From: a virus | Taxonomy: Duplodnaviria > Caudoviricetes | DNA length: 59,507 bases | Reading direction: 5' to 3' (one strand) | IMG/VR virus record: IMGVR_UViG_3300022690_002018 | Coordinates: 1 to 59,507 of that record | Part shown: positions 1 to 8,345 of the stretch, one piece after another | Numbering within the stretch: position 1 is the stretch's first letter | How the letters are laid out: the number at the start of each line of letters is the position of its first letter | Made by a program: the position numbers and the translations under genes | Notes under the pieces: generated by a model | The model's database searches: none | What the model saw: the letters and a program-made list of their open reading frames with translations, nothing else | What the model was told of the DNA's origin: nothing

Positions 1-144
1 TTCAATATTTTTCCTCGATATTGTCTCTATCACAAAAAAGTTGATGGGACCAAGGCTCGCCATCAACTTTTTATCCCAGCTAATATCCCATCATCCCACT
101 GGGACATTAGCTGGGATAAAAACGTCAAGATGGGGGTGCAATTC
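1..144. repeat. Terminal direct repeat, left copy (circular overlap)
   Basis: Bases 1-144 are identical to 59364-59507. Confidence 0.97.
35..122. repeat. Two abutting inverted repeats (hairpins)
   Basis: AAAAAGTTGATGG 35-47 pairs with 60-72; TTTTTATCCCAGCTAAT 68-84 pairs with 106-122. Confidence 0.85.
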
Positions 145-281
145 GATTAAGTACATGGATAACGGTTTCAATTGATTTACTCTCTTGAAGACTTAGACCA
201 TTCGTATAGATAGCAAGGTGCATCAAAGTAAGACGACACTCGCGGTATTTTTCAATGGGGTACTTATCTTCTGGCATCACC

Positions 282-770
282 TTAATCCCGACAAACAAAA
301 CAAGGTTTCTCTTTTAAACCGAGCCGACGATAATACTGGGCCATCGTACCATGTGCTATTACCTTGGAACGTTCATTTTTGCTATCAACACTTCGAACAT
401 AATATTCTCTGGCAAGATGCCAGGGTTCCTCTAACGTGACCAAATTCCGCAACCATTGAGAATTCCTAAATCCATAGAATTTAAGAACACTTATAATACT
501 TTCCGATTCAAAATGACTCAGATTGAGCCGATCACCTTCTTTGAATGAACTGGGAGTCAATACAAAGAGTCCTCTATGAGCAGCATAGAGGACAGGAACC
601 ACCGGCCCCATGTTCCACGCTTCAATGTCTTCTGGGAATAAAGATTTACCGTGCCACGCAAGATGCCACGCTTGCGCATAATAGATTAGTTTTTGAAATT
701 TCACAGCGGACACAGGAGACTTTTGAAACAATATTTCTTGGGCCACATCAAAACAGGTAAGATTAGGCAT
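282..770 (-). CDS. Panacea/DUF4065 (GepA/SocA-like) antitoxin-domain protein
   Basis: Signature KFQKLIYYAQAW...LFPEDIEAWNMGPVVPVLY...EEPW. Confidence 0.88.
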   Translation of the reverse strand: MPNLTCFDVAQEILFQKSPVSAVKFQKLIYYAQAWHLAWHGKSLFPEDIEAWNMGPVVPVLYAAHRGLFVLTPSSFKEGDRLNLSHFESESIISVLKFYGFRNSQWLRNLVTLEEPWHLAREYYVRSVDSKNERSKVIAHGTMAQYYRRLGLKEKPCFVCRD

Positions 771-966
771 GTTTTCCGAATATCCTTTTTATGCCTTTCT
801 TTACTCGTTCGAATAAAGAATCGTAATATTCAATAATAGTCTTACCTTTTGGATCACGACATGAATCGCAATGACTGCAAATATTCCACTCATTGTAAAA
901 CATACAAAAATAACCAATTATCTTACCGCAAACAGTACATCTCATTTCTTCTTTATTCTTCGTCAT
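763..966 (-). CDS. Small Zn-finger protein
   Basis: CTVC and CSHCDSC motifs; coupled to neighbouring genes. Confidence 0.6.
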   Translation of the reverse strand: MTKNKEEMRCTVCGKIIGYFCMFYNEWNICSHCDSCRDPKGKTIIEYYDSLFERVKKGIKRIFGKHA

Positions 967-1126
967 CTTCGCCTATCCAAATAGCGTGCTCATTGCAAGT
1001 AGGGCATGAATCCCATTCATCCTCACCGTACCACTCATCGCATTTAGGACACCAATACCCGCCAACATCGTCCGCCATTCTATTTCTATTATAATATCCT
1101 GTTTTCGGATTATAGATTTGCCCCAT
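953..1126 (-). CDS. Small acidic Zn-ribbon protein (57 aa, below ORF-track cutoff)
   Basis: Hand translation MGQIYNPK...WCPKCDEW...SCPTCNEHAIWIGEDDEE; fills the operon gap. Confidence 0.65.
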   Translation of the reverse strand: MGQIYNPKTGYYNRNRMADDVGGYWCPKCDEWYGEDEWDSCPTCNEHAIWIGEDDEE

Positions 1127-1130
1127 GAAT

Positions 1131-1370
1131 TTATCCCAGTTTTTCCAACGCTAAAATATTAACCAAGGAATCCTCGTAAGCCTTGCAGGCAATTTCATCC
1201 CTCTTGTCATATGTGAAATGAATAACATTTGAAGTTTTTAAGTCCTCAGCAATAGTGATCTGGCTACACCCATTGCCCTCAACGTACCGTAGTTTTGCAA
1301 TGCCATGTGTGTTAAATAAATAGGTGGCCCCCTCCGCATCAACAATCTTAAGCCATTTTGTTTTTATCAT
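1131..1370 (-). CDS. Hypothetical protein
   Basis: 79-aa ORF with GGAG RBS, in operon. Confidence 0.6.
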   Translation of the reverse strand: MIKTKWLKIVDAEGATYLFNTHGIAKLRYVEGNGCSQITIAEDLKTSNVIHFTYDKRDEIACKAYEDSLVNILALEKLG

Positions 1371-1452
1371 TCTTTATGCTCCATAGAAGACGCAAGAGCA
1401 GGACCACATACAGGCACGTATCTGAAAACCTACTCTTTAGTGCGTCAACTGT

Positions 1453-1761
1453 TTATTTTTTTTTAGACGTAGCTTTTTCACTGGGGGCAGCTAAATACAT
1501 CGCATCAAATTTTCGCATTTCCTTAGCATCCATAACGCCCACTTTAAACAGACCCTTTGCCATTTCATAGTCAGCTTTTTCACTGGGAGCAGCTAATTTT
1601 TCACTGGGAGCAGCTAATTTTTCACTGGGAGCAGCTAAATACAACGCATCAAATTCTCGCATCTCCCTATCATCAATAACGCCCCCTTTAAACAGAATCT
1701 TTGCCATTTCATACCCAGCTTCTACTATGGGGCTTTTCATTTTTTCTAAGGATACGTTCAT
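1453..1761 (-). CDS. Protein made of two HigA/COG2944-type antitoxin N-terminal segments, no HTH
   Basis: YEMAKxLFKxGVxDxxEMRxFDAxYL occurs twice, joined by LAAPSEK repeats. Confidence 0.65.
   Translation of the reverse strand: MNVSLEKMKSPIVEAGYEMAKILFKGGVIDDREMREFDALYLAAPSEKLAAPSEKLAAPSEKADYEMAKGLFKVGVMDAKEMRKFDAMYLAAPSEKATSKKK
1576..1638. repeat. 21-bp tandem repeat x3 encoding LAAPSEK
   Basis: TTTTTCACTGGGAGCAGCTAA at 1576, 1597 and 1618. Confidence 0.95.
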
Positions 1762-1762
1762 A

Positions 1763-1990
1763 TTACAAGTACGACTTAACACTGGATGCGTAACTCTTTA
1801 ACAATTCCAAATCTTCTACGGGAATCATCGCACACATAGGCACACCATACCGCGTAATGATCACAGGCTGTTTATAGCGTCCAACAGTATTCATTAGGGA
1901 AGGCAACGTTTGTCGTGCCTTTTCTATTCCCATGTAAGGATACCCATCAGGCCATTTAGGCTCTAACTTTTTACCCAAAAGAATACCCAA
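1763..1990 (-). CDS. Phd/YefM-family antitoxin-like protein
   Basis: IEKARQTLPSLMNTV...PVIITRYGVPMCAMIPVEDLE is a typical Phd/YefM pattern. Confidence 0.82.
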   Translation of the reverse strand: MGILLGKKLEPKWPDGYPYMGIEKARQTLPSLMNTVGRYKQPVIITRYGVPMCAMIPVEDLELLKSYASSVKSYL

Positions 1991-2522
1991 GAGCTAATGT
2001 GTAGGCTTGGTTTCGCATGGGCAGCGTATCACTCACTGTGGTGATAAAGCTCACGTGTTTACTCAGATTAAAAACACCTTTCAACGTAATGCCAGGATGC
2101 TTTGTGACAAAATTATGAACACTGCCGGAAAGGCTTACAAACTCATTAAATTGAAAGACTACTCCACCTGTGTACCCCATGTTTTTTTGAGATTCCATTT
2201 TCTTCGCTTTGCTCCAATCGTAATACAGTTCGAAGAATGGTTTGACTGGACCTATGAATACGCCTATCCCTTGAGTGAATCGAAACCGAAAACGACACTC
2301 TGCGGTCCGCATGGTTCTTAGTATGCTGTAAAACTTTTGACCTTCTTTGTATTTTACTTTGAGAAAATAATCAAAGTCTTTCGTAGAAATTCCATCGTCA
2401 GAACGTACGCCTAAGCTCACTTTCCAAGAATCAATCGTTTTTGTATTGGTTGTTTTTTGTACAGCTAAGACCGAAGGCATCATCGCTAATGCCATAGAGG
2501 CTATCAATAGTTTCTTCATCAT
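1971..2522 (-). CDS. Secreted outer-membrane beta-barrel-like protein (moron)
   Basis: Signal peptide MKKLLIASMALAMMPSVLA, alternating beta strands, C-terminal YTLALGYSFG. Confidence 0.65.
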   Translation of the reverse strand: MMKKLLIASMALAMMPSVLAVQKTTNTKTIDSWKVSLGVRSDDGISTKDFDYFLKVKYKEGQKFYSILRTMRTAECRFRFRFTQGIGVFIGPVKPFFELYYDWSKAKKMESQKNMGYTGGVVFQFNEFVSLSGSVHNFVTKHPGITLKGVFNLSKHVSFITTVSDTLPMRNQAYTLALGYSFG

Positions 2523-2542
2523 TTTATTTTTCCTTTTGAGTT

Positions 2543-2595
2543 TTTTATATAAACCGTAGACATTGATTGTGCCGATGTCTACGGTTTATATAAAA
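2543..2595. terminator. 21-bp inverted repeat; terminator-like or regulatory hairpin
   Basis: TTTTATATAAACCGTAGACAT (2543-2563) pairs with 2575-2595. Confidence 0.6.
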
Positions 2596-2628
2596 CAGTA
2601 AACATAGATAGTATTTAATAGCCGCTTA

Positions 2629-2856
2629 TTATCTCACAGAGTGCCTGTTTTTCCAATAAGACAAACATTCATACAGAAGCTCAGCAATTAATTCTAAGCG
2701 GTCTTCTATCCCCTCAAGGGCTTCAATACCTGCACCTTCTCCAACACTTTTCAATCCCTCCATACCTGTGTTTTCTTGGATATCAGCCCATATGCTTTGT
2801 CGTTCTTTAGTTTTATGAGCACGCATCTTATCTAATCGAGCTTCAATTTCTTTCAA
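2629..2856 (-). CDS. Hypothetical coiled-coil protein
   Basis: ORF 2629-2961; probable TTG start at 2856 after GGGGAG RBS. Confidence 0.55.
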   Translation of the reverse strand: MKEIEARLDKMRAHKTKERQSIWADIQENTGMEGLKSVGEGAGIEALEGIEDRLELIAELLYECLSYWKNRHSVR

Positions 2857-2872
2857 TTTCTTTCTCCCCTTA

Positions 2873-3154
2873 TTAATTAACGGTATCTGATCCTTCAACC
2901 ACCGTGGGTTTATCTCGATATGTTTCATTATAATATTCTTTAAATATAGCCATAGCATCAATCACTGTTTGTCCAAAAGAAATTAACGCTTTTGCCGCAT
3001 CACTAGTAAAGCGTCCGTGCATCAAATCCACTATCTGTTTCGAAACTTCATCCGAATCTTTAGAGTTAGTCATCCCTTTAATAATTAATCCCAGTAGTTG
3101 TTCATCGGGGTCTAATTGATTAAACAATTCTCCCTCAGTTTCTTTTATTTCCAT
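2873..3154 (-). CDS. Hypothetical protein, paralog of 3167-3451
   Basis: Shares LL..EV...LM..FT..AK.L...FK.YY...YR....V.G..TVN with its neighbour. Confidence 0.75.
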   Translation of the reverse strand: MEIKETEGELFNQLDPDEQLLGLIIKGMTNSKDSDEVSKQIVDLMHGRFTSDAAKALISFGQTVIDAMAIFKEYYNETYRDKPTVVEGSDTVN

Positions 3155-3166
3155 TTAATATTCTCC

Positions 3167-3451
3167 TCAGTTAACCGTATTAGTGCCTTTTACAAGCTTA
3201 GAATTCTCACGATAACTATTTCTGTAGTATTGTTTAAACATACCAATTGAGTGACATACATTGTCCATCAGCATTAGCAAGCCTTTGGCTTCACTCTCAG
3301 TAAAATGAAAATTCATTAACTTACCTAACTCCTCTGCGACTTCATCAGACATATCTTTTTTATTCCATTGTTTCATCATCAGTGCTAGCAATTTATCAGC
3401 ACCCGTTAATACGTCCAACATCTCATTTTGTAATTTGTCTACTGTTATCAT
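3167..3451 (-). CDS. Hypothetical protein, paralog of 2873-3154
   Basis: Same shared motifs; GGAGG RBS. Confidence 0.75.
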   Translation of the reverse strand: MITVDKLQNEMLDVLTGADKLLALMMKQWNKKDMSDEVAEELGKLMNFHFTESEAKGLLMLMDNVCHSIGMFKQYYRNSYRENSKLVKGTNTVN

Positions 3452-3550
3452 TTTTAAATCCCTCCCCCTTTAATGGAGGGCATAGGCAAGCTCGTCACGA
3501 GACGATGGGAACTACCTGTCATCGCCCTGAATAAGCTTTAATCTAAGTGC

Positions 3551-3691
3551 CTATGCCCCTTGAACGCGATTTAAATACTCATTGTATTCAATTTCTTCCG
3601 ATAGATTAGCAGTTAGAGAGCCAATATTGCTCAAATTTTCATCAATTTGCGTTACCAACTCATTTATCTCGTTTTGAAAATCCTTGTCCAT
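3551..3691 (-). CDS. Small acidic protein (46 aa)
   Basis: Hand translation MDKDFQNEINELV...; AAGGAG RBS. Confidence 0.6.
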   Translation of the reverse strand: MDKDFQNEINELVTQIDENLSNIGSLTANLSEEIEYNEYLNRVQGA

Positions 3692-3696
3692 TAACG

Positions 3697-3867
3697 TTAC
3701 TCCTTTGTTTTATGAATAAATTGTTCTATCATTTTCTTTAGTTTTGGAAAATCTTCGTGAAGCTGCTCAACAATACGGTCAGAGTCATATTGCCAATCAG
3801 GCAGACGCTTTAACACTTTTTCAAATTCTTCTAACGCTCCCTCAATCATTTGAAAATCCTTGTCCAT
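3697..3867 (-). CDS. Small protein (56 aa)
   Basis: Hand translation MDKDFQMIEGALEE...; shares its 5' end with 3551-3691. Confidence 0.6.
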   Translation of the reverse strand: MDKDFQMIEGALEEFEKVLKRLPDWQYDSDRIVEQLHEDFPKLKKMIEQFIHKTKE

Positions 3868-3900
3868 TAACGTTACTCTTTTGTTTTAACTTACCCTTTC

Positions 3901-3940
3901 AGAATATCAATGAATATTTATTATGTCAAGACTTCTTTAC
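3901..3940 (-). promoter_or_regulatory. Sigma70-like promoter with 16-bp operator
   Basis: TTGACA-17-TATTCT on minus strand; GTCAAGACTTCTTTAC at 3925-3940. Confidence 0.65.
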
Positions 3941-4405
3941 ATTCCCTTTAATCCGGCTACGCTTCTTGTATTTCCTAGAATAGGTAGCTTCAGCAATAGG
4001 ATGTGCAAAAAAAGGTTTGCCCTCTCTCCTGTCCTCCTCTATTTTTGCCGACTCTCGATATATCTCAGTAAACTGATCCACCTCAACAATAACTCCCAGT
4101 ACCTTGCCGCGACGTTTAAGGAAAACCCAATTACCGCTATGACATACTTCGTTCACTACCTCCGACATTTCTGCTCTAAACTTCCCCATACTTAAATGAA
4201 TCTCTGTTGGCTCTTTATCTACAAGAAAATGAGACGTGTCACATATCTCCTTAAAATCCTCTGCCCCAATCAACACAGCAAGAGGTCTATTCGGTGACAT
4301 AAGAATGATACGATGGCTGCCATATCCCACCTGGTTTAGTACTTCCCCCAAAGTCTCTCTTAATTCCGTCAGTTTCATAAATCGCGTTATTGGCGCACTT
4401 CCCAT
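3926..4405 (-). CDS. Tandem double Phd/YefM-domain protein
   Basis: LTELRETLGEVLNQV...PLAVLIGAEDF and MGKFRAEMSEVVNEV...KRRGKVLGVIVEVDQF. Confidence 0.78.
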   Translation of the reverse strand: MGSAPITRFMKLTELRETLGEVLNQVGYGSHRIILMSPNRPLAVLIGAEDFKEICDTSHFLVDKEPTEIHLSMGKFRAEMSEVVNEVCHSGNWVFLKRRGKVLGVIVEVDQFTEIYRESAKIEEDRREGKPFFAHPIAEATYSRKYKKRSRIKGNVKKS

Positions 4406-4511
4406 ATTCTTTTCTCCTATTTAATATTCAGTAAGTTCAGACAGTTTAACTGAAATAGGGATAATAATCAATCTCCGAAACGGGAATTCCCGGTTCGAAC
4501 CCAATTCTCAC

Positions 4512-4918
4512 AGATGCAAGTGTAACGATGTGGGATCGTTACATTAAAAATGTTATAAAACAATAACTTAAAAAATAATTTGTAATTATTCTCAAAATAA
4601 GAAATGCAAACAAGCCTTATAAAACAATAGGTTATCAATGTGTAACGATGTTACGATCTTATTCACCTAAAACCCCTGTAATATATAAATATAAATAAAT
4701 AATATAAGTAAATACTTCTTTACATGCTTTCTATTTTTTTTATATTTCTATACCTTTTGAGTGTGAATAAGATCGTAACATCGTTACACATTGATAACCT
4801 ATTGTTTTATAAAGACTTTCTCAAAGTGAGAATTAGTATAAATTTATCATAATCTATACTAAGTTACTGTTTTATAATAGTTTTTATGATACGATGTGAG
4901 GTCGTTACATTGGCATTT
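4512..4918. other. Putative replication origin: nested inverted repeats around an AT-rich core
   Basis: Perfect 50-bp IR (4617-4666 / 4763-4812) around a 96-bp AT-rich spacer; imperfect outer arms about 4512-4570 / 4860-4918; non-coding, at a divergence of transcription. Confidence 0.6.
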
Positions 4919-4951
4919 TATAGGGGATTATTGGCTATTAGAGCCTGAAAA

Positions 4952-5120
4952 GTAAAGAGAACTCTACAATACCGTTAACGGTCAGTTCATATGTAGAGTT
5001 TTCTTTACGTACAAAACTCTTTACAATCTGTTAATACGCCACTAATGGACTATTCATGATCGTAACATTCGGTAAAGAGTTTTGTACTTCTCTAGATATT
5101 ATACGTAAAGGGTTCTTTAC
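4952..5120. promoter_or_regulatory. Cluster of five 16-bp operator-like palindromes (GTAAAGAGCTCTTTAC-like)
   Basis: Copies start at 4952, 4993, 5009, 5072 and 5105. Confidence 0.75.
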
Positions 5121-5144
5121 ATCCTCCCTCAAATAAGCTATACT
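5116..5144 (+). promoter_or_regulatory. Sigma70-like promoter
   Basis: TTTACA-17-TATACT; the leader is duplicated at 5698-5753. Confidence 0.7.
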
Positions 5145-5180
5145 GATTAAGTGGGATAACAAAAACAAGGAAACCAAATA

Positions 5181-5690
5181 ATGAAAGACAGTATAGAAAA
5201 TCCTGAAATATTAAATATTGAGCTGCATCAAACACTCGAACAGACAGCACATGAATTCCATGAACAGTACGACGTTCCCGATCCTTTTAAGCACTTTATT
5301 TCTGATTTTTTAATGGAAATACACGCAGCTTATGTAAAGCTGCAAGTGCAAATTATTCAATTAAAAGGGAGAGAAAGCAAACCGATAAACCCTCCAAGGG
5401 TTAGAATTAGTTATGAGGAAGAACTATGCTATATATTGGACCGATTCAGTTTTGAAGCCATACAAAACTATCGATGGTTTTTAAATGACTCAGGCAGCAC
5501 CTTACCGAATTTAGAACTGGGCAAGTTAAACGCATTATTAAGCACCCTTCAAAGTACCCTGGGTTTGTTCAATAAAATGTTTAGTATGACAAGAAAAGAG
5601 TACGACCCCTCCTTCCAGGAAGAAGTAAACGATAGCTTTGGGGCACTGATGTGCGAAAAACAATACGGAATCAGACCGGATAATAAGTAA
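5181..5690 (+). CDS. Hypothetical early protein
   Basis: 169-aa ORF after promoter and AAGGA RBS. Confidence 0.7.
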   Translation: MKDSIENPEILNIELHQTLEQTAHEFHEQYDVPDPFKHFISDFLMEIHAAYVKLQVQIIQLKGRESKPINPPRVRISYEEELCYILDRFSFEAIQNYRWFLNDSGSTLPNLELGKLNALLSTLQSTLGLFNKMFSMTRKEYDPSFQEEVNDSFGALMCEKQYGIRPDNK

Positions 5691-5726
5691 AGAGCTCTTT
5701 ACATCCTAAGCCAAAAGGGCTATACT
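5687..5726 (+). promoter_or_regulatory. Perfect palindromic operator overlapping a sigma70-like promoter
   Basis: GTAAAGAGCTCTTTAC at 5687-5702; TTTACA-17-TATACT. Confidence 0.75.
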
Positions 5727-5763
5727 TATTAAGTGGGATAAACAAAAACAAGGAGATAAAGAG

Positions 5764-5883
5764 ATGGAAAACCAAAGCGAAGAAACTAAAAAAAGATATG
5801 AATGGTTAATTGAATTTTACAAATTTAATGAAACAATGGTACTTGAACTTAAAAAGCTAAAGAAAGAAGGGTGGAAAGCCTAG
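5764..5883 (+). CDS. Small protein (39 aa)
   Basis: Hand translation MENQSEETKKRYEWL...; AAGGAG RBS directly after the promoter. Confidence 0.55.
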   Translation: MENQSEETKKRYEWLIEFYKFNETMVLELKKLKKEGWKA

Positions 5884-5885
5884 TA

Positions 5886-6275
5886 ATGACCATCAATAAA
5901 GTATTTATCAATATACCCTTAAAACGCAGACCCATCCCCACGTTACTCAGTACGGACATGTCGCCAGAGAAACTGTTACAAATCATTGATGAACTGTTTG
6001 TTATGGCCTGTTCACTGTTTAAGGTAATGAAGGAAGGGGATATCAACCAGTACTTAGATGAACTTTTCGTAAAAGAAAAGGTTCAGCCAGGGGAAATAGA
6101 AAAACTTCAAGACGTTGTTTATCGAGCCTATAATCTGATGGGGTGCGCACGTCGATGTGCAATGACCATTCCGCTTGATAAAAAAGAACTGTCTGTTTTT
6201 ATCAACATCGCTCGCCGTCAATTAAAACAACTGGCCAATCGATTAGATGAGCTGGAGGAAAACAATGAACCATGA
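5886..6275 (+). CDS. Hypothetical protein
   Basis: ORF 5871-6275; ATG at 5886 follows the upstream stop. Confidence 0.65.
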   Translation: MTINKVFINIPLKRRPIPTLLSTDMSPEKLLQIIDELFVMACSLFKVMKEGDINQYLDELFVKEKVQPGEIEKLQDVVYRAYNLMGCARRCAMTIPLDKKELSVFINIARRQLKQLANRLDELEENNEP

Positions 6276-6407
6276 CTGGGAAAAACTTATTACAAAATCA
6301 CTGGGGAAGGGAATAGCTTTAATACTAAACACACTATTAGCAGCGATGAAATGGGTATGTATTGCTTACATTTTTAAATGGGTACTAGGGATATAAGGAG
6401 AAAGACC

Positions 6408-6614
6408 ATGGAATCTTTTAGTGAAGATTTTCAAACAATGTACGATGAAATAGACAGAGTAGTGGAAAAAATAGCACACAATTTTCTCTATAACTCAGGA
6501 GTTTCAGACGGACAGATAAATTACCTCTCACACATTATATGTAATCTAAAAGTAAACTGGACAGCACTTGAAAAATGCGTTGAAGATATATTAATTGAAC
6601 TTAAAAAGGAGTAA
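6408..6614 (+). CDS. Hypothetical protein
   Basis: AAGGAG RBS before MESFSEDF. Confidence 0.65.
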   Translation: MESFSEDFQTMYDEIDRVVEKIAHNFLYNSGVSDGQINYLSHIICNLKVNWTALEKCVEDILIELKKE

Positions 6615-6618
6615 AACC

Positions 6619-6798
6619 ATGGAAACAGAAAAACTACATTATTATGTAATGACGAAAGAGTACACTATCTTAATGGACACCCACACACGCAATTACGATC
6701 AAGCGTTAGCCTATGCTAACCTCGTATTGCCAAACATTACTAAAGAAAACAACATACGCGACTACGTTATCGGAACGTGTCGGGAGATTACAGTATAG
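6619..6798 (+). CDS. Hypothetical protein
   Basis: AAGGAG RBS before METEKLHY. Confidence 0.6.
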   Translation: METEKLHYYVMTKEYTILMDTHTRNYDQALAYANLVLPNITKENNIRDYVIGTCREITV

Positions 6799-7178
6799 TG
6801 GACATAGATACCAGAGGGATTTTACAAAAACAATATGAACGTACTAAACCTGTAAGGGCATTTCAACTTCCCTGGGGATGCGAAAGAAAAGGAATAGACC
6901 AAGTATATGCCATTCTAAGAGATTTTGAAAAATGGGCGAGTCAGTGCGGTTTGTTGGGCGTTAACGCTTGTCCTTTTTCAGATAAAGAAACAGCGTATTG
7001 GTCCCTTGAGGAACACTTTAGAACTGAACTATACCAAATAGAAATAATTGTAAAAAAAGATTGTGAGCATACCGAAATGATTGCAAAACCTAACGATTGG
7101 GTAATATACGAATATAAAAAATGCTTTAGTGTTTTTACTGACGATGAATTTAAAAAACAGTATAAACAAAAAAGATGA
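6777..7178 (+). CDS. AFQ-domain family protein (paralog 1)
   Basis: PVRAFQLP...FEKWA...PNDWVIYEY..CFSVFTDDEFKKQY. Confidence 0.7.
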   Translation: MSGDYSIVDIDTRGILQKQYERTKPVRAFQLPWGCERKGIDQVYAILRDFEKWASQCGLLGVNACPFSDKETAYWSLEEHFRTELYQIEIIVKKDCEHTEMIAKPNDWVIYEYKKCFSVFTDDEFKKQYKQKR

Positions 7179-7204
7179 AAAAGTCCCCTGGCGAACAATA
7201 TTAG

Positions 7205-7621
7205 ATGAACCAGAAAGAGAACACCATGAATGAAGACAATGACACGTTAACACAAGCAACTCATGATATTTTAGAAAACAGGACAGAAGCATGGGAGGTT
7301 TACGAAGGGCATCCCTACGATGTCGTTTTGAAAGCATTTGCATGCCTTTTTGAAGAACTGGAAAAACGGTTAAAAAGAGTTGAAGGTAGTATGAAAAAAA
7401 AACCACTCGTTCACTGGTCCTTAGAAGTGTCCCCTGTGCTGGACCGGCGAATAGATGAGATAGCAGAAGAATCAAACTCTACTAAGGAAAAAGTATTACA
7501 GAGAGCAATGATTTTGATAGATGTTGCCATGCAGGAACAGGAAAAGGGGAACCATTTGGCCATCGTGGACAAAGACGGCAAAATACTAAAAGACATTGTG
7601 GGCTTATGCGATGGCGATTAA
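7205..7621 (+). CDS. Protein with C-terminal ribbon-helix-helix (CopG-like) domain
   Basis: SLEVSPVLDRRIDEIAEESNSTKEKVLQRAMILI...IVGL. Confidence 0.7.
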   Translation: MNQKENTMNEDNDTLTQATHDILENRTEAWEVYEGHPYDVVLKAFACLFEELEKRLKRVEGSMKKKPLVHWSLEVSPVLDRRIDEIAEESNSTKEKVLQRAMILIDVAMQEQEKGNHLAIVDKDGKILKDIVGLCDGD

Positions 7622-8331
7622 CCTAACCCTGGAATAATTAATCTTTCCGTTATCCCCGCTTTCGTGCGAATATAAAGCTCCTCACCGTTAGCCAATCGAT
7701 CCATTAAAGAAACCGTAATGGAAAGTGCAGCACTCACTGCCTCCGCTTTATTGGCACAATGGAATTTTTCTTGTAGCTTTTCTGCATTTGTAATATCTCT
7801 TTCAGTTAACCCCATTGAGACTAACTTGCCACTCTTGGGTTTGCTGTTATCGAGAGGAGGGCTAACCTTCAAACAAGCGGCACATAGAGGATCGGCAACA
7901 CACTCTGGTATCTGCGGGTCAAGCGTTTGGCATTTACTGCAAATTCGCGCACTCCGCAGATCAGGGTTCTCGTAGATATTACCCATTACATATATATCTT
8001 TCTTATCATAATCAACAAGGGGTTTTCCCACTGGATAACCAGGAGAATTGATACATAATCTAAGGCTCGAATTATAAGCATTGTAGGAAACAAAACTTTG
8101 TTCGGCGTAGGAGGCTCCTTGATAATTAAATTTAAAAAACTTCTGTACCCTGTCACTGGTAGCGAGAATAAACACAATATCACCTTCCCACATTTCTTTG
8201 TCATCAGCATCAAACACGTTAGTGCTAGCCATGTAATTACAGTCCTGAGGATACCCGGGGTTACCCGTGATATATTCCATCTTTTGTGGAATGGGATGCC
8301 AACATCGCCATTTCAGAGTGTCAATCAGCAT
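7618..8331 (-). CDS. YopX-family protein with Zn finger and C-terminal RHH-like domain
   Basis: DKEMWEGDIV...VMGNIYENPDL (YopX); CSKC/CAAC; VSMGLTERD...NKAEAVSAAL...IIPGLG. Confidence 0.8.
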   Translation of the reverse strand: MLIDTLKWRCWHPIPQKMEYITGNPGYPQDCNYMASTNVFDADDKEMWEGDIVFILATSDRVQKFFKFNYQGASYAEQSFVSYNAYNSSLRLCINSPGYPVGKPLVDYDKKDIYVMGNIYENPDLRSARICSKCQTLDPQIPECVADPLCAACLKVSPPLDNSKPKSGKLVSMGLTERDITNAEKLQEKFHCANKAEAVSAALSITVSLMDRLANGEELYIRTKAGITERLIIPGLG

Positions 8332-8345
8332 TGTCTAGTACCTCT
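8271..8345. repeat. 75-bp direct repeat (second copy 10969-11043): RBS plus first 20 codons of both YopX genes
   Basis: Identical sequence encoding MLIDTLKWRCWHPIPQKMEY. Confidence 0.95.

Noticed and set aside
1-144. Physical terminal repeat of the virion DNA
   Set aside because: It cannot be told apart from an assembler's circular overlap without reads; treated only as evidence of completeness.
763-1370. Cognate toxin for the Panacea protein
   Set aside because: The neighbours are tiny Zn-finger or unknown ORFs with no toxin motif I recognise, and the DNA downstream is non-coding; not formally excluded.
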